Shown: positions 36,448 through 46,788 of the stretch, in pieces
Layout of the letters: every line of letters begins with the position of its first letter
Position numbering within the stretch: the stretch's first letter is position 1
NCBI GenBank assembly: GCA_963756895.1
Contig: CAVWPI010000006.1
Span: 178,572 to 242,571 of the forward strand
Origin: an uncultured Actinomycetes bacterium
GTDB lineage: Bacteria; Actinomycetota; Acidimicrobiia; IMCC26256; DASPTH01
DNA: 64,000 nt
Direction of reading: 5' to 3'
Program-made: the position numbers and the translations under genes
Notes under the pieces: model-generated
Databases searched by the model: none
What the model was told of the DNA's origin: nothing
What the model saw: only the letters and a program-made list of their open reading frames with translations

Positions 36448-37265
36448 GCGAGCTGTTCTCGATCCATCCCGACGTGAAGGTCACGGCCGACGGCCACGTC
36501 ACCACCGTCACCATCGACCGTCCCGACACCAAGAACGCGTGCACCGGCGACATGTGGGTCGCCGATCGGCGAGACGTTCCGCCGCCTCGCCTACTCGGGC
36601 ACGCGCGTCATCGTCCTCACCGGTGGCGGCACCGACTTCTGCGCCGGCGCCGACCTGAGCGGGAGCGGCGCCAGCTGGTTCCGGCGGTGGCAGCTAGCAG
36701 CGGACCGATGGGCAACCAGCTCGCCGGGATGCGGGTGCTCGGTGACGCGGTCGTGGCGGTGCACGGATGCCCCGTGCCCACCATCGCACGCGTCGACGGC
36801 GTCGCGGTCGGTGCCGGCTTCGGCCTCTCGCTGGCCTGCGACCTCACGGTGTGCTCCGATCGGGCGCGGTTCTCGGCCATCTTCGCCAAGCGCGGCATCA
36901 GCCTCGACTTCGGCACCTCGTGGTTGCTCCGCCAGCGCATCGGTGTGCACCGGGCCAAGGAGCTCGCACTCACCGCGCGCATGGTGCACGGCCCCGAGGC
37001 GTTCGACCTCGGCCTGGTCAACCGCGTGGTGCCCGCCGACGAGCTCGACGCCGCCACCGCGGAGTTCGCCGACGCCATCGCCGGTGGACCGCCGCTCGCG
37101 TTGTCGATGACCAAGCGCGAGCTCGACAACGCCGGGACGTCGTCGTTGGCACAGGCGCTCGAGACCGAAGCGCTGGCGCAGAGCGTCAACGTGGGCACCG
37201 AGGACATCCGGGAAGCGCTCACCGCGTACGTCGAACGACGCCCGCCGGAGTTCAAGGGCCGGTGA
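36444..37265 (+). pseudogene. Enoyl-CoA hydratase/isomerase (crotonase); ORF stays open but ~36 codons (about 36565-36675) are read in the wrong frame
   Basis: GTGA overlap with the upstream stop. VSELFSIHPDVKVTADGHVTTVTIDRPDTKNACTGDMWVA. The expected IGETFRRLAYSGTRVIVLTGGGTDFCAGADLSGSG exists only in the adjacent frame. The reading then returns to ...MGNQLAGMRVLGDAVVAVHGCPVPTIARVDGVAVGAGFGLSLACDL... Confidence 0.75.
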
Positions 37266-39031
37266 GCAACGACAGCGAGTGGTCGCTGACGCGCGTCTTC
37301 GACGTCGTCGGCGCGGCGATCCCCGACCGCGAGATGGTCGTGTGGGGCGACGTGCGCCGCACGTTCGGTGACGCGCTGGCCCGCGCCGACGCCCTCGCTG
37401 CACACCTGCAGGTGCAGGGCTTGGGGCTGCATCGCGAGCGCGCCGACCTGCGCGAACTGGGAGTGCGGCCAGGACCGCGTCGCGGTGCTGATGCACAACC
37501 GGCCCGAGCACATCGAGACCATCCTCGCGTGCTGGCGGGCGCGCGCCGTCCCGTGCAACGTCAATTACCAGTACACCGCAGCCGAGATCGCCGAGCTGTT
37601 CCGCATGCTCGGTACGCGTGGCGTGGTGTACGAGCGCGGACTCGCGCCACTGCTGCGCGACGCGCTCGCCGAGCTCGGAGGCGAGTCGACGCTTCTGGTC
37701 GAGCTGGACGACGGCAGCGACGAAGCGTCGATTCCCGGCGCGGTCGACTTCGAGGCGATCGTCGCGGCCGGGGGCCACGTCGAGGACGACACGTCGCCCG
37801 ACGACATCTACATCGCGTGCACCGGCGGCACGACGGGACGCCCGAAGGCGGTGCTGTGGCGTCAGGGCGACCTGTTCGTCGCCGCCATCGGCGGGAGCGA
37901 CGACGCCGACGAGGCGACGATCCGCTCCCGCGCCGAGGCCGGCGCCGGCGTGTGGTTCCCGACGTCGCCGCTGATGCACGTCGCCGCGCAGTGGACGGTG
38001 TTCCTCGCCGCGAGCATGGGCGCCACCGTCGTGCTGCACGACGACCGCAAGCGCTTCGACGCGCCGCACCATCCTCGCCACCGCGGCACGCGAGCGCGCG
38101 AACATGATGACGATCATCGGCGACGCGTACGCGCGGCCCTTGATCGAGGAGCTCCAACGCACGCCCTACGACCTCTCGGCGCTCGCCGTGCTCGGCACCG
38201 GCGGGACGCCCACGAGCGGGGGCGCAAAGGACGCGCTGCTCGGAGCTCCTGCCGAACGTCACCATCCGCGACGGCTACGGCGCGTCGGAGATCGGGGTGA
38301 TGGGCTCGGGCGACCAGAGCGGCCGCGTCGCCCAGACCCAGCGCTTCCAGGTCATCCCCTCGGCGCGCATCCTCGCCGACGACCGCACCCGCTTCCTCTC
38401 GCCGAACGAGACCGAGGTCGGGTGGATCGTGCGCACCGGGCACGTCCCACTCGGCTATCTCGACGACGAGGCCGCGACCAACGCGACGTTTCCCGTCGTC
38501 GAGGGCCAGCGGGTCGCGGTCGCTGGCGACCGCGCGCAGTACACCGACAACGGCGAGGTCGTGCTGCTCGGCCGCGACTCTCTCGTGGTGAACACCGGTG
38601 GCGAGAAGGTGTTCGTCGAAGAGGTCGAGGACGTGTTGAAGCGCCACGATGCGGTCGTCGACGTGCTGGTCACCGGCCGTCCCGACGACCGATTCGGTCA
38701 GGAGGTCGTCGCCGTCGTCCAGCTCACCAGTCCCGACGCCGCCTCGCCCGGCGACCTGCGTGCCTGGTGCGGCGATCACCTCGCCCGGTACAAGGCGCCC
38801 CGCGCCGTCGTGTTCGTCGACGAGGTCCGCCGGCACCCGAGCGGCAAGGCCGACTACCGCTGGGCGAAGGAGCGTGCGGGCGAAGCGGTCGACGCCACGA
38901 ACACCGGCCGACTCGCCCGCCGGGCAGAATGGGCCGCATGGACGGCAACCTGCTGGTACGGGGCGGCGACCTGGTCGACGGGACCGGTGCGCCAGCACGC
39001 CGGGCCGACGTGCGCGTGCACGACGGCCTGA
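37262..39031 (+). pseudogene. Acyl-CoA synthetase (ANL family); at least 3 frame breaks, 3-prime end unresolved
   Basis: GTGA overlap. VSNDSEWSLTRVFDVVGAAIPDREMVVWGDVRRTFGD / ...DRVAVLMHNRPEHIETILACWRARAVPCNVNYQYT...YIACTGGTTGRPKAVLWRQGD...PLMHVAAQW / ...MMTIIGDAYARPLIEEL... / ...IRDGYGASEIGV...VVNTGGEKVFVEEVE...YKAPRAVVFVDEVRRHPSGKADY... No stop occurs in any frame near 38900-38940. As assembled the frame ends at 39031, overlapping the next gene. Confidence 0.75.
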
Positions 39032-40664
39032 TCACCGAGGTCGGCTCCGACCTCGCGCCCGACGGCGAGCGCGTCGTCGACGCCACGGGCGCGTTCGTGG
39101 CGCCCGGTCTGATCGAGTCGCACACGCACTTCGACGCCGCGGTGTGGTGGGACCCCGACTGCGACCCGATGCCCGCGCACGGTTGCACCACGTTGGTGAT
39201 GGCGAACTGCGGCCTCGGGCTGGCGCCGCTGCGCGCCGCCGATCGCGACACGATCGTCGAGCTGTTCTCGTTCATCGAGGACATCCCGGCCGAGGCGTTC
39301 CGGCTCGCGGTGCCGTGGACGTGGGAGACCTACGGCGAGTACCGCGCCGTCGCCTCCCGGCACGGCACCGCGGTCAACACCGTCGGGTTCCTCCCCCACC
39401 AGCTGCTGCGCACGTGGGTGATGGGCGACGCGGCGTGGGAACGACCGGCGACCGTCGACCGAGCGCGAGCAGCTCTGCGCGGTGCTCGACGATGCGCTCG
39501 CAGCGGGCGCGCTCGGGCTGTCGACCTCGGTGATGGACACCGACCGCGACAACCGACCGGTGCCGAGCCGCCAGGCCGACGACGCCGAGTTCGCGGCGCT
39601 CGTCGGCGTGCTCGCCCGCCGACGGCGCCACGCTGCAGTACGTCCCGCGCATCCGCCAGCCCGAGTTCCTCGCCGACATCGAACGCGTGGTCGCAGATGA
39701 CGCGCGGCGCCGGACGTGCCGCTGCTCGTCGCCGGCTACCAGCTCGAGGAGAGCGTGGCCGACGCCCGCAAGGAGCTCGACGCGTTCCTCGCGCCCTACT
39801 GGGACGCGGGCGTGCCGCTGTGGGTGAACTACAGCGTGCGGCCGTCGCACGTGAACATGCACTTCGAGCGCTCGATCATGTGGAGCGGCGTACCGGCGTG
39901 GCACGAGCTCGCCAACGCGCGCCCCGACGACCAGCGCGCCTGGCTCGCCGACCCGTCGTGGCGCGAACGGGCGAGACGCGACTGGGATGCCTGCACCTAC
40001 ACGCTCGTACCGATCCGCGGGCCCGAGCGACTCCTGCTCATGGGCGGCGCGCACAGCGGCGAGTCGCTCGCCGACGCCATGGCCCGCACCGGCGCGCACC
40101 CGTCGGATGCGCTCGCCGACTGGCTGCTCGCCACCGACCTCACCGGGTACATCCGCACGTCGCACCGCGCCGATCGACGACACCGCCGCGGTCGACGTCC
40201 TGCTCGCACCGTTCACGCTGTCGGGCGCCAGCGATGCCGGCGCGCACGTCCAGATGTTCAGCGGTGCCGGCGACGCCACCTACCTCCTGGCACACCTGGT
40301 GCGCGACGTCGGCACGCGTCTCGGTCGAGGAAGCGGTGCACGCGCTCACGGCCAAGCAGGCGCGCTTCTTCGGCATCCCCGACCGCGGCGTCGTGCGCCC
40401 GGGCGCGGTCGGCGACCTCGTGGTGTTCGCGCTCGACGAGCTCGAGCCCGGCGACGAGGTGCCGCGCACCGACCTGCCCGGGCGACGCGTGGCGCTACGG
40501 CCGCACCCCCGGCGGCTACCGGGCGACGATCGTGGCCGGCGAACCGACCTGGCTCGACGGCGCCGCCACCGGCGCCCGGCCGGGCACGATGCTCGAGCGC
40601 GGCTCAGCCGCGGCGACGGGCGCGATCGGCAGCTCGAGGTACGCCGCGCACGGTGCTGGTGTAG
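38929..40664 (+). pseudogene. D-aminoacylase-like amidohydrolase (N-acyl-D-amino-acid deacylase family); about 6 frame breaks, 3-prime end uncertain
   Basis: MGRMDGNLLVRGGDLVDGTGAPARRADVRVHDGLITEVG...GAFVAPGLIESHTHFDAAVWWD... / LDDALAAGALGLSTSVMDTD... / ADGATLQYVPRIRQPEFLADIERV / PLLVAGYQLEES...WVNYSVRPSHVNMHF... / ...LSGASDAGAHVQMFSGAGDATYLLAHLVRDV / VSVEEAVHALTAKQARFFGIPDRGVVRPGAVGDLVVF / ...GGYRATIVAGEPTWLDG... Confidence 0.7.
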
Positions 40665-41810
40665 AGCGGCACCGCGTGCTCGCGGTCGACCGTCCACTCC
40701 GGCCATCGCTTGAGCGTCTCCTCCACACCGATGCGACCTTCCATGCGCGCCGAGCGCGGCACCCAGGCAGAAGTGGATGCCGTAGCCCAACGTCATGTGC
40801 AGGTCGAAGTCGCGGTGGATGTCGAACGTGTCGGGGTCGGGGTAGGCGCGCTCGTCCCGTCCCGCCGCGCCGGTCACCAGCACCACCTTCGATCCGGACG
40901 GGATGGTGACGTCGTGCAGGGTCACGTCGCGCGTGGTGAAGCGGGCGTTGACGGGAGACGGCGGCTCGTACCGCAGGCTCTCCTCCACCGCGTTCGCCAC
41001 CAGCGCGGGGTCGGCGGCGAGCTCGGCGCGCTGGTCGGGGTGGCGGTCGAGCAGGTCGATCGACCACCCGAGATGCCGGGCGACGGTCTCGGTGCCGGCC
41101 GAGAACAGCACGGTGACGAACTCGGTGAGCTCGGAGTCGGACAGGCGCCGCGAGGTGCCGTCGTCGTCGACGATCTCGGCCTCGAGCAGGTCGGTGAACA
41201 TGTCGTCGCGCGGGTGGCGCTTGCGGTCCTCGAACTGCTCGGCGAGGTAGCGGTTGATCTCGACCAGCGCGTTGACCGACACGTCGTTCACCATCCCGAC
41301 GGCACCCTCCTCGATGTGGAAGATGTCGTCGACGACCTTGCGGAGGTAGTCGCGATCGCCTTCGGGCACGCCGAGCAACATCGAGATCATCGTGGGTGGG
41401 AGGACGGCGGAGAAGTCCTGCACGTAGTCGAACTGCGCTTCCCCCACGTGCGGGTCGAGCAGCTCGGCGCAGACCTCGCGCATGCGGTCCTCGAGCGACG
41501 ACACCCGCCGCGCCGTGAACGCGCGCGACACCAACTTCCGCAGGCGCGTGTGCTTCGGCGGGTCGGTCCAGATGATCATCCCCGTGTCGACATGCGGCTG
41601 GTCGGACATCATCTCGACCGTCGTGCCGTGCGACGAGACGTACGTCTCGTGGTCCTTGTTGGCGGCTTCGACGTCGTGGAACCGGGTGAGGGCCCAGAAG
41701 TCGTAGCGGTCGTTGTGCCAGACGGGCGTCTCGTCGCGCATCCGCTTCCAGAGCGGATACGGGTCGTTCCGCAGCTCGGGCGTGAACGGATCCCAGTACA
41801 CGTCGCTCAT
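40604..41810 (-). pseudogene. Cytochrome P450; at least one frame break near 40745
   Basis: MSDVYWDPFTPELRNDPYPLWKRMRDETPVWHNDRYDFWALTRFHDVEAA...IIWTDPPKHTRLRKLVSRAF...LFSAGTETVARHLG...LGYGIHFCLGAAL / ARMEGRIGVEETLKRWPEWTVDREHAVPLYTSTVRG... Paralogue of 50008-51226. The C-terminal ~12 aa are uncertain. Confidence 0.8.
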
Positions 41811-41919
41811 GGTTGCTCCCCCAGGACGGCTGGCCGCACTCTACCGACGGGAGCGGAGCCAGGCCAGGAGATGTGTAGAGCTTTGTCGGATACAGTCCCG
41901 CGTGACGAGGGGGACCGAA

Positions 41920-42708
41920 GTGTTCGTCGACGGCAAGGTGGTGATGATCGTCGGGGCCGGGCCCGGCCTGGGCGCCACGCTGGCGCGACGGTGCGCGGAG
42001 GACGGCGCCGAGCTGGTGCTCGCGGCGCGCACGCCGTCGACCCTCGAACGGATCGCGGCGCAGACCCGCGACGGCGGCGCACGCGTGGTCGCGGTGCCCA
42101 CCGATGTGTCCGACCGCGACCAGGTGCGCTCCCTCGTCGAGCAGGCCGTCGCCGAGTACGGGCGGATCGACGTGCTCGTGAACGCGGCGTTCCCGCCGGC
42201 ACCGGGCGGTCCGGTGGTCGAGATGGACGACGACGCCATGGACGCGTGGCGGCGCAGCATCGACGCCGGCGCCTACGGCACGCTGCTCACGTGCCGGTTC
42301 GTGGCGCCGCACATGATCGACGCAGCCTCCGGGTCGATCGTGAACGTCACGTCGATGACCAGCCGCATGGCCCACGGCGGTCGCAGTGACTACGCCGCGG
42401 GCAAGGCGGCGATGCACCGGCTCGGATGGGCCTTGGCCGACGAGCTCGGGCCACTCGGCATCCGCGTCAACGCGGTCGCGCCCGGCGCCATCCTCGGCGA
42501 GGGCGTGCGCGGGTGGATCGAGGGCAATGCGGCCAAGCGCGGCGTCACCTTCGAGGAGCAGCTCGCGGCGCAGACCGAGCACATGGCGCTGCGCCGCATC
42601 GCCACCGAGGACGAGGTCGCGAACGCCGTCCTCTTCCTCGCCTCCGATCTCGCGTCGGGCATCACCGGCGCCACCATCGACGTCAACGCCGGCCAGCTGT
42701 TCGGCTGA
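41920..42708 (+). CDS. Short-chain dehydrogenase/reductase (SDR)
   Basis: GTG 41920 with GAGGGGGA upstream. KVVMIVGAGPGLGATLARRCAEDGAELVLAART...LVNAAF...SDYAAGKAAM... Intact. Confidence 0.8.
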   Translation: MFVDGKVVMIVGAGPGLGATLARRCAEDGAELVLAARTPSTLERIAAQTRDGGARVVAVPTDVSDRDQVRSLVEQAVAEYGRIDVLVNAAFPPAPGGPVVEMDDDAMDAWRRSIDAGAYGTLLTCRFVAPHMIDAASGSIVNVTSMTSRMAHGGRSDYAAGKAAMHRLGWALADELGPLGIRVNAVAPGAILGEGVRGWIEGNAAKRGVTFEEQLAAQTEHMALRRIATEDEVANAVLFLASDLASGITGATIDVNAGQLFG

Positions 42709-42727
42709 ACCTGGAGGTCGCAACCAC

Positions 42728-43930
42728 GTGAACGCCGAGCTTCCCAAGATCGTCAGCGTCGACGACCACGTCGTCGAACCCGCGCACCTCTGGCAGAGCT
42801 GGCTTCCCGAGAAGCACCGCGGCCTGGGCCCGCGCATCGAGCGTCGGTACAGCGTCGGTGAGCGTCCGGTCGGCGGGGGCGCGTTCGCGGAGAAGTGGGG
42901 CGACGAGGGCAAGCCGGTGGATTGCTGGATCTACGAGGACCGCCTCGCGATGGTCCACCGGCGGATGTTCGCGGCAGTCGGCTTCCCGCGCGACGAGATG
43001 AAGCCGCTGGCCATGAGCTACGAGGAGATGCGGCCGGGCTGCTACGAGCCGAAGGCGCGCCTCGACGACATGGACGGCAACTGGGTCGAGGCGTCGTTGT
43101 GCTTCCCCACCTTCCCGCGCTTCTGCGGGCAGACGTTCCTCGAGGGCAAGGACCACGACCTCGGCCTCGCGTGCGTGCGCGCGTACAACGACTGGATGGT
43201 CGAGGAGTGGTGCGGTGACTCCGGCGGTCGCCTGGTCCCGCTGATCATCATCCCGCTGTGGGACGCCGAGCTCGCAGCCGACGAGATCCGGCGCAACGCC
43301 GAGCGCGGCGTGCGGGCGGTGACGTTCTGCGAGATCCCGCCCAACCTCGGGCTGCCGTCGATCCACTCGGGCAAGTGGGACCCGTTCTTCCAGACGTGTG
43401 ACGAGACCAGCACCGTGATCAACATGCACGTCGGTTCGTCGTCGAAGATGCCCGCCACCGGCCCCGACGCGCCCGTGGCGGTCGCGCTCACCCTGACGTT
43501 CGGGAACGCCATGGCATCGCTCACCGACTGGCTGTTCAGCGGCAAGCTCCAGCAGTTCCCGAACCTGCGCCTCGCCTACAGCGAGGGCCAGATCGGGTGG
43601 CTGCCGTACGTGCTCGAACGGGCCGACGACGTGTGGGACGAGCACCGCGCCTGGGCCGGCGTCCAGGACACCGTCCTCGAACCGCCGAGCACCTCCTACT
43701 ACCGCCAGGTGTTCGGCTGCTTCTTCCGCGACCGGCACGGGCTCGCGTCGCTCGACGAGGTCGGCGTCGACAACATCACCTTCGAGACCGACTACCCGCA
43801 CACCGACTCGACGTGGCCCGACACCTTCGCCATCGCCACCGAGATGTTCGCCGGGCTCGAAGACGACGCGGTGCGCAAGATCGTCCGCGGCAACGCCATC
43901 CGCATGCTCCAGCTGGATCTCACTCCATAG
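42728..43930 (+). CDS. Amidohydrolase-2 family (PF04909-like) protein
   Basis: GTG 42728 with TGGAGG upstream. VNAELPKIVSVDDHVVEPAHLWQSWLP...VINMHVGSS...DNITFETDYPHTDSTWPD... 400 aa, intact. Confidence 0.8.
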   Translation: MNAELPKIVSVDDHVVEPAHLWQSWLPEKHRGLGPRIERRYSVGERPVGGGAFAEKWGDEGKPVDCWIYEDRLAMVHRRMFAAVGFPRDEMKPLAMSYEEMRPGCYEPKARLDDMDGNWVEASLCFPTFPRFCGQTFLEGKDHDLGLACVRAYNDWMVEEWCGDSGGRLVPLIIIPLWDAELAADEIRRNAERGVRAVTFCEIPPNLGLPSIHSGKWDPFFQTCDETSTVINMHVGSSSKMPATGPDAPVAVALTLTFGNAMASLTDWLFSGKLQQFPNLRLAYSEGQIGWLPYVLERADDVWDEHRAWAGVQDTVLEPPSTSYYRQVFGCFFRDRHGLASLDEVGVDNITFETDYPHTDSTWPDTFAIATEMFAGLEDDAVRKIVRGNAIRMLQLDLTP

Positions 43931-43993
43931 ACCGTTCTGGCGCCCCTCGACGGCGATATACAGCGTTCAGCGGCGCCAAAACAGGGATCGGGA

Positions 43994-45142
43994 TCAGGTC
44001 GAGAGGATGGAGACGCCGGCGGTGCCGGGGGCGCCGTAGAGCTGGGTGTAGCCGACCTTCGGGTTGCCGGGCACCTGGCGGTCGCCGGCCTGGCCGCGCA
44101 ATTGGCGCACGACCTCGTGGATCTGACGCAGCCCCGAGGCACCGATCGGCTCGCCGTTGGCGATGAGCCCGCCGTCGGTGTTCACCGGCAACGGGCCGTC
44201 GATCTCGGTGGCGCCGTCGGCGATCAGCGTTTCCTGGTCGCCGTCGGCGCAGAAGCCGTTCTCGGCCATGTGGATCACCTCTGCACCCGCGTCGGTGTCC
44301 TGCAGCTGGATGACGTCGACGTCTTCCGGACCGATGCCCGCCATCTCGTACGCCTGGCGTGACGCGTCGACGGTCGGGCCGACGGTCTGCTCGATCGGCA
44401 GCCACGGGCTGTGCACCTCGAATGCGCCGAGCCGGCGCGTGCGCACGGTGGTGGCCCGCAGGTACACGGGCGTATCGGTGTAGCGGTGCGCGTGTTCGGC
44501 CTTGCAGAGGACCACCGCGGCCGCACCCTCGTCGGGGCTGCAGAACATGTACTGCGTGAGCGGGTAGTTCAGCATCGTCGACTCGAGGATCTCGTCCTCC
44601 GACAGCGGTTTGCGGCGGAACGCGTTCGGGTTGAGCGATCCGTTGCGGTAGTTCTTCGCCGCCACCTTGGCCAACGTCGACGCCGAGATGCCGTGGTCGG
44701 TCATGTACTTGTTGATCTTCATGCCGAAGAACTTGGTGGTGACGAACTGCCCGAGGTCCCCGTACCACGACGGGCAGGCGTACAGCCGCGGGTCAGCGCC
44801 GAACGCGCCCGGCGGGTGCTTGTCCATGCCCACCGCGATGCCGAGGTCGTGGTCACCGAGCCGAATCGTGTTCGCGGCCAGGGTCAACGCGCTCGCGGCC
44901 GTGGCACAGCCGTTGTACACGTCGGTGAACGGGATGCCGGTCAGCCCCAGGAGCGCGACGACCGCGTCGGGGTTGTCGATCTCGTAGCTCCCGGCGAACG
45001 CGAATTGGATGTCGTCCCACTTCACTCCCGCATCGGCCAGCGCGTTGCGAATGGCGATCGCACCCATCTCGATGCCGGTGGTCTCGCCGAACCGGCCGAA
45101 CGGGTGGAGTCCCACCCCGACGATGGCGACGTCCATGCTCAT
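43994..45142 (-). CDS. Thiolase-like protein, SCP-x/lipid-transfer (Ltp) type
   Basis: Intact 382 aa: MSMDVAIVGVGLHPFGRF...VYNGCATAASAL...NTDGGLIANGEPIGASGLRQIHEVVRQLRGQAG... Confidence 0.85.
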   Translation of the reverse strand: MSMDVAIVGVGLHPFGRFGETTGIEMGAIAIRNALADAGVKWDDIQFAFAGSYEIDNPDAVVALLGLTGIPFTDVYNGCATAASALTLAANTIRLGDHDLGIAVGMDKHPPGAFGADPRLYACPSWYGDLGQFVTTKFFGMKINKYMTDHGISASTLAKVAAKNYRNGSLNPNAFRRKPLSEDEILESTMLNYPLTQYMFCSPDEGAAAVVLCKAEHAHRYTDTPVYLRATTVRTRRLGAFEVHSPWLPIEQTVGPTVDASRQAYEMAGIGPEDVDVIQLQDTDAGAEVIHMAENGFCADGDQETLIADGATEIDGPLPVNTDGGLIANGEPIGASGLRQIHEVVRQLRGQAGDRQVPGNPKVGYTQLYGAPGTAGVSILST

Positions 45143-45154
45143 GATCTCTCTCCC

Positions 45155-45571
45155 TCAGGCGACGGGCCGGAACGCGAACGTCACGACCTCGTTGCCGTCG
45201 TCGTCGGTGCGGAACGGCACGATCACCAGCTCCATCTCCATCCCGTTGGCGAGCGCCGCGGGATCGCACTCGGTGAGACGCGACTCCACCCTCACCTCGC
45301 CCGGCAGCTCCACGTAGCCGACGCCGAACGGCACGAAGTCCTTCCCGTTCGGACCGGCGTACGGCGGTGGCGGCGGGAACGACTGCGTCGTCCACGCCCA
45401 CAACGTGCCTCGTCGCGCCAGCAACGCCTCGTCCATCGCGGTCGAGGCGCAGCGTGGGCACGAGTCCTGCGTCGGGAACGTGACCATCCCGCAGTCGGCG
45501 CACCGGCTGCCGATCAGCTGGGGATCGTCATGCGGCCAGGTGAAGACACCTTCGGCGACGGGCACTTGCAT
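45155..45571 (-). CDS. DUF35 (zinc-ribbon plus OB-fold) protein, usual partner of Ltp-type thiolases
   Basis: MQVPVAEGVFTWPHDDPQLIGSRCADCGMVTFPTQDSCPRCAS...GVGYVELPGEVRVESRL... 138 aa, GGAG upstream, 12 nt before the thiolase gene. Confidence 0.8.
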   Translation of the reverse strand: MQVPVAEGVFTWPHDDPQLIGSRCADCGMVTFPTQDSCPRCASTAMDEALLARRGTLWAWTTQSFPPPPPYAGPNGKDFVPFGVGYVELPGEVRVESRLTECDPAALANGMEMELVIVPFRTDDDGNEVVTFAFRPVA

Positions 45572-45585
45572 GGAGGCTCCGTTCG

Positions 45586-46788
45586 TCAGGGCGAGTAGCG
45601 GATGCGAATGCGGTCGTAGGCCCGGGCGAAGGTGCCGGGAACGATCTGGGGCTCGGCGGGGTCGACCAGGTCCCACTCGGGGATGCGCCGCAGGAGCTCC
45701 TGGAACATCACCCGCAGCTCGAGCCGGGCGAGCCACGCACCGAGGCAGAAGTGCGTCCCGAAGCCGAACGAGACATGGCGGTTGTCGGGCCGGGTGACGT
45801 CGAGGCGGTCGGGGTCGGTGAACGCGCGAGGGTCGCGGTTGGCGGCCGCGTACATCAGCACCACCTGGTCGCCCGCCCGCAACGTCTTCCCGTGGAGCTC
45901 GTGCTCCTCGGTGACCGTGCGCCGCATGTTCAGGATGGGCGTGACCCAGCGGATGAACTCCTCCACCGCGGTGGTCGCCAGCAGCTCGGGCTGCTCGACG
46001 AGCAGCTGCCGTTGGTCGGGCTGGAGCGCGAGCTCGCGGATCATCGATCCGATCACGGTCCGCGTGGTCTCGGCGCCGCCGTCGAGGAGCAGGAGCGTCT
46101 CCTCGAGGACGTGGCCGGTCTCCCAGCCCTGCGCGATCCACACCGAGATGAGGTCGTCCCCGGGGTCGCGGCGACGCGCCTCGACCACCTCGGCGGTGAC
46201 GGTGAAGAAGTCCTGCATCACGGGAATGACGTCGGGGTGCGACACGTACGGCGGGCCGCCGGCCATGTTCAGCCCGCCCAGGGTCATGGTGCGCTCGGAC
46301 CACCAACGCAGCTGCTCCCACATCTCGCGCGGATAGCCGATTAGGTCGCCGATCATGATCGCAGGAAGCCGCGACGCGATCGCCTCGATCACCTCGCACT
46401 CGCCGAGCGGCACGACCGCGTCCAGGATCCCGGTGACGATGTCGCGAACGTGTGCCTCGTGCCCGCGCACGCCGCCGGGGTTGAACCGGCGCGACACGAG
46501 GTTGCGCTGCTGCTGGTGCGCGGGGTCGTCCATGTTGATCATCGAGCGGTCGGCGCGCTGGTCGATCTGCGGACGCGAACCCGCGAGCGACGAGTAGCGC
46601 GCGCCGTGCTTCTCGATCGCCATCACGTCGTCGTAGCGGGAGACGACCCACAGCTCCTGCACCGGATCCCAGAAGACCGGGGCCTCGTCGCGCAACCACC
46701 GGTACGCATCCCACGGATCGACGTAGAAATCGGGGTCGAGCACGTTGACGTACGGAGCCTCGGTCCCGATCGCGTCGGTGGTGGTCAT
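45586..46788 (-). CDS. Cytochrome P450
   Basis: Intact 400 aa: ...MINMDDPAHQQQRNLVSRRF...LLLDGGAETTR...FGFGTHFCLGAWLARLEL... ATGA overlap with the TetR stop. Confidence 0.9.
   Translation of the reverse strand: MTTTDAIGTEAPYVNVLDPDFYVDPWDAYRWLRDEAPVFWDPVQELWVVSRYDDVMAIEKHGARYSSLAGSRPQIDQRADRSMINMDDPAHQQQRNLVSRRFNPGGVRGHEAHVRDIVTGILDAVVPLGECEVIEAIASRLPAIMIGDLIGYPREMWEQLRWWSERTMTLGGLNMAGGPPYVSHPDVIPVMQDFFTVTAEVVEARRRDPGDDLISVWIAQGWETGHVLEETLLLLDGGAETTRTVIGSMIRELALQPDQRQLLVEQPELLATTAVEEFIRWVTPILNMRRTVTEEHELHGKTLRAGDQVVLMYAAANRDPRAFTDPDRLDVTRPDNRHVSFGFGTHFCLGAWLARLELRVMFQELLRRIPEWDLVDPAEPQIVPGTFARAYDRIRIRYSP

Noticed and set aside
40516-42912. Very long ORFs on the opposite strand of, or out of frame with, the genes called here. 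Examples: 40516-42912 (-), 34791-37265 (+), 12927-14957 upstream part, 13257-15053 (-), 7868-9556 (+), 50425-52251 (+), 16921-18726 (+), 18458-20209 (+), 20884-22371 (+).
   Set aside because: Their translations are Arg/Ala/Pro/Gly-rich low-complexity strings with no family motifs. This is typical of stop-codon-poor alternative frames in ~70 percent GC DNA. In each case another frame or strand encodes a recognisable enzyme.
43938-43978. Inverted repeat TGGCGCC...GGCGCCA between the convergent amidohydrolase and thiolase genes, as a terminator.
   Set aside because: The 7-bp arms are separated by a 27-nt loop, too loose to call an intrinsic terminator with any confidence.
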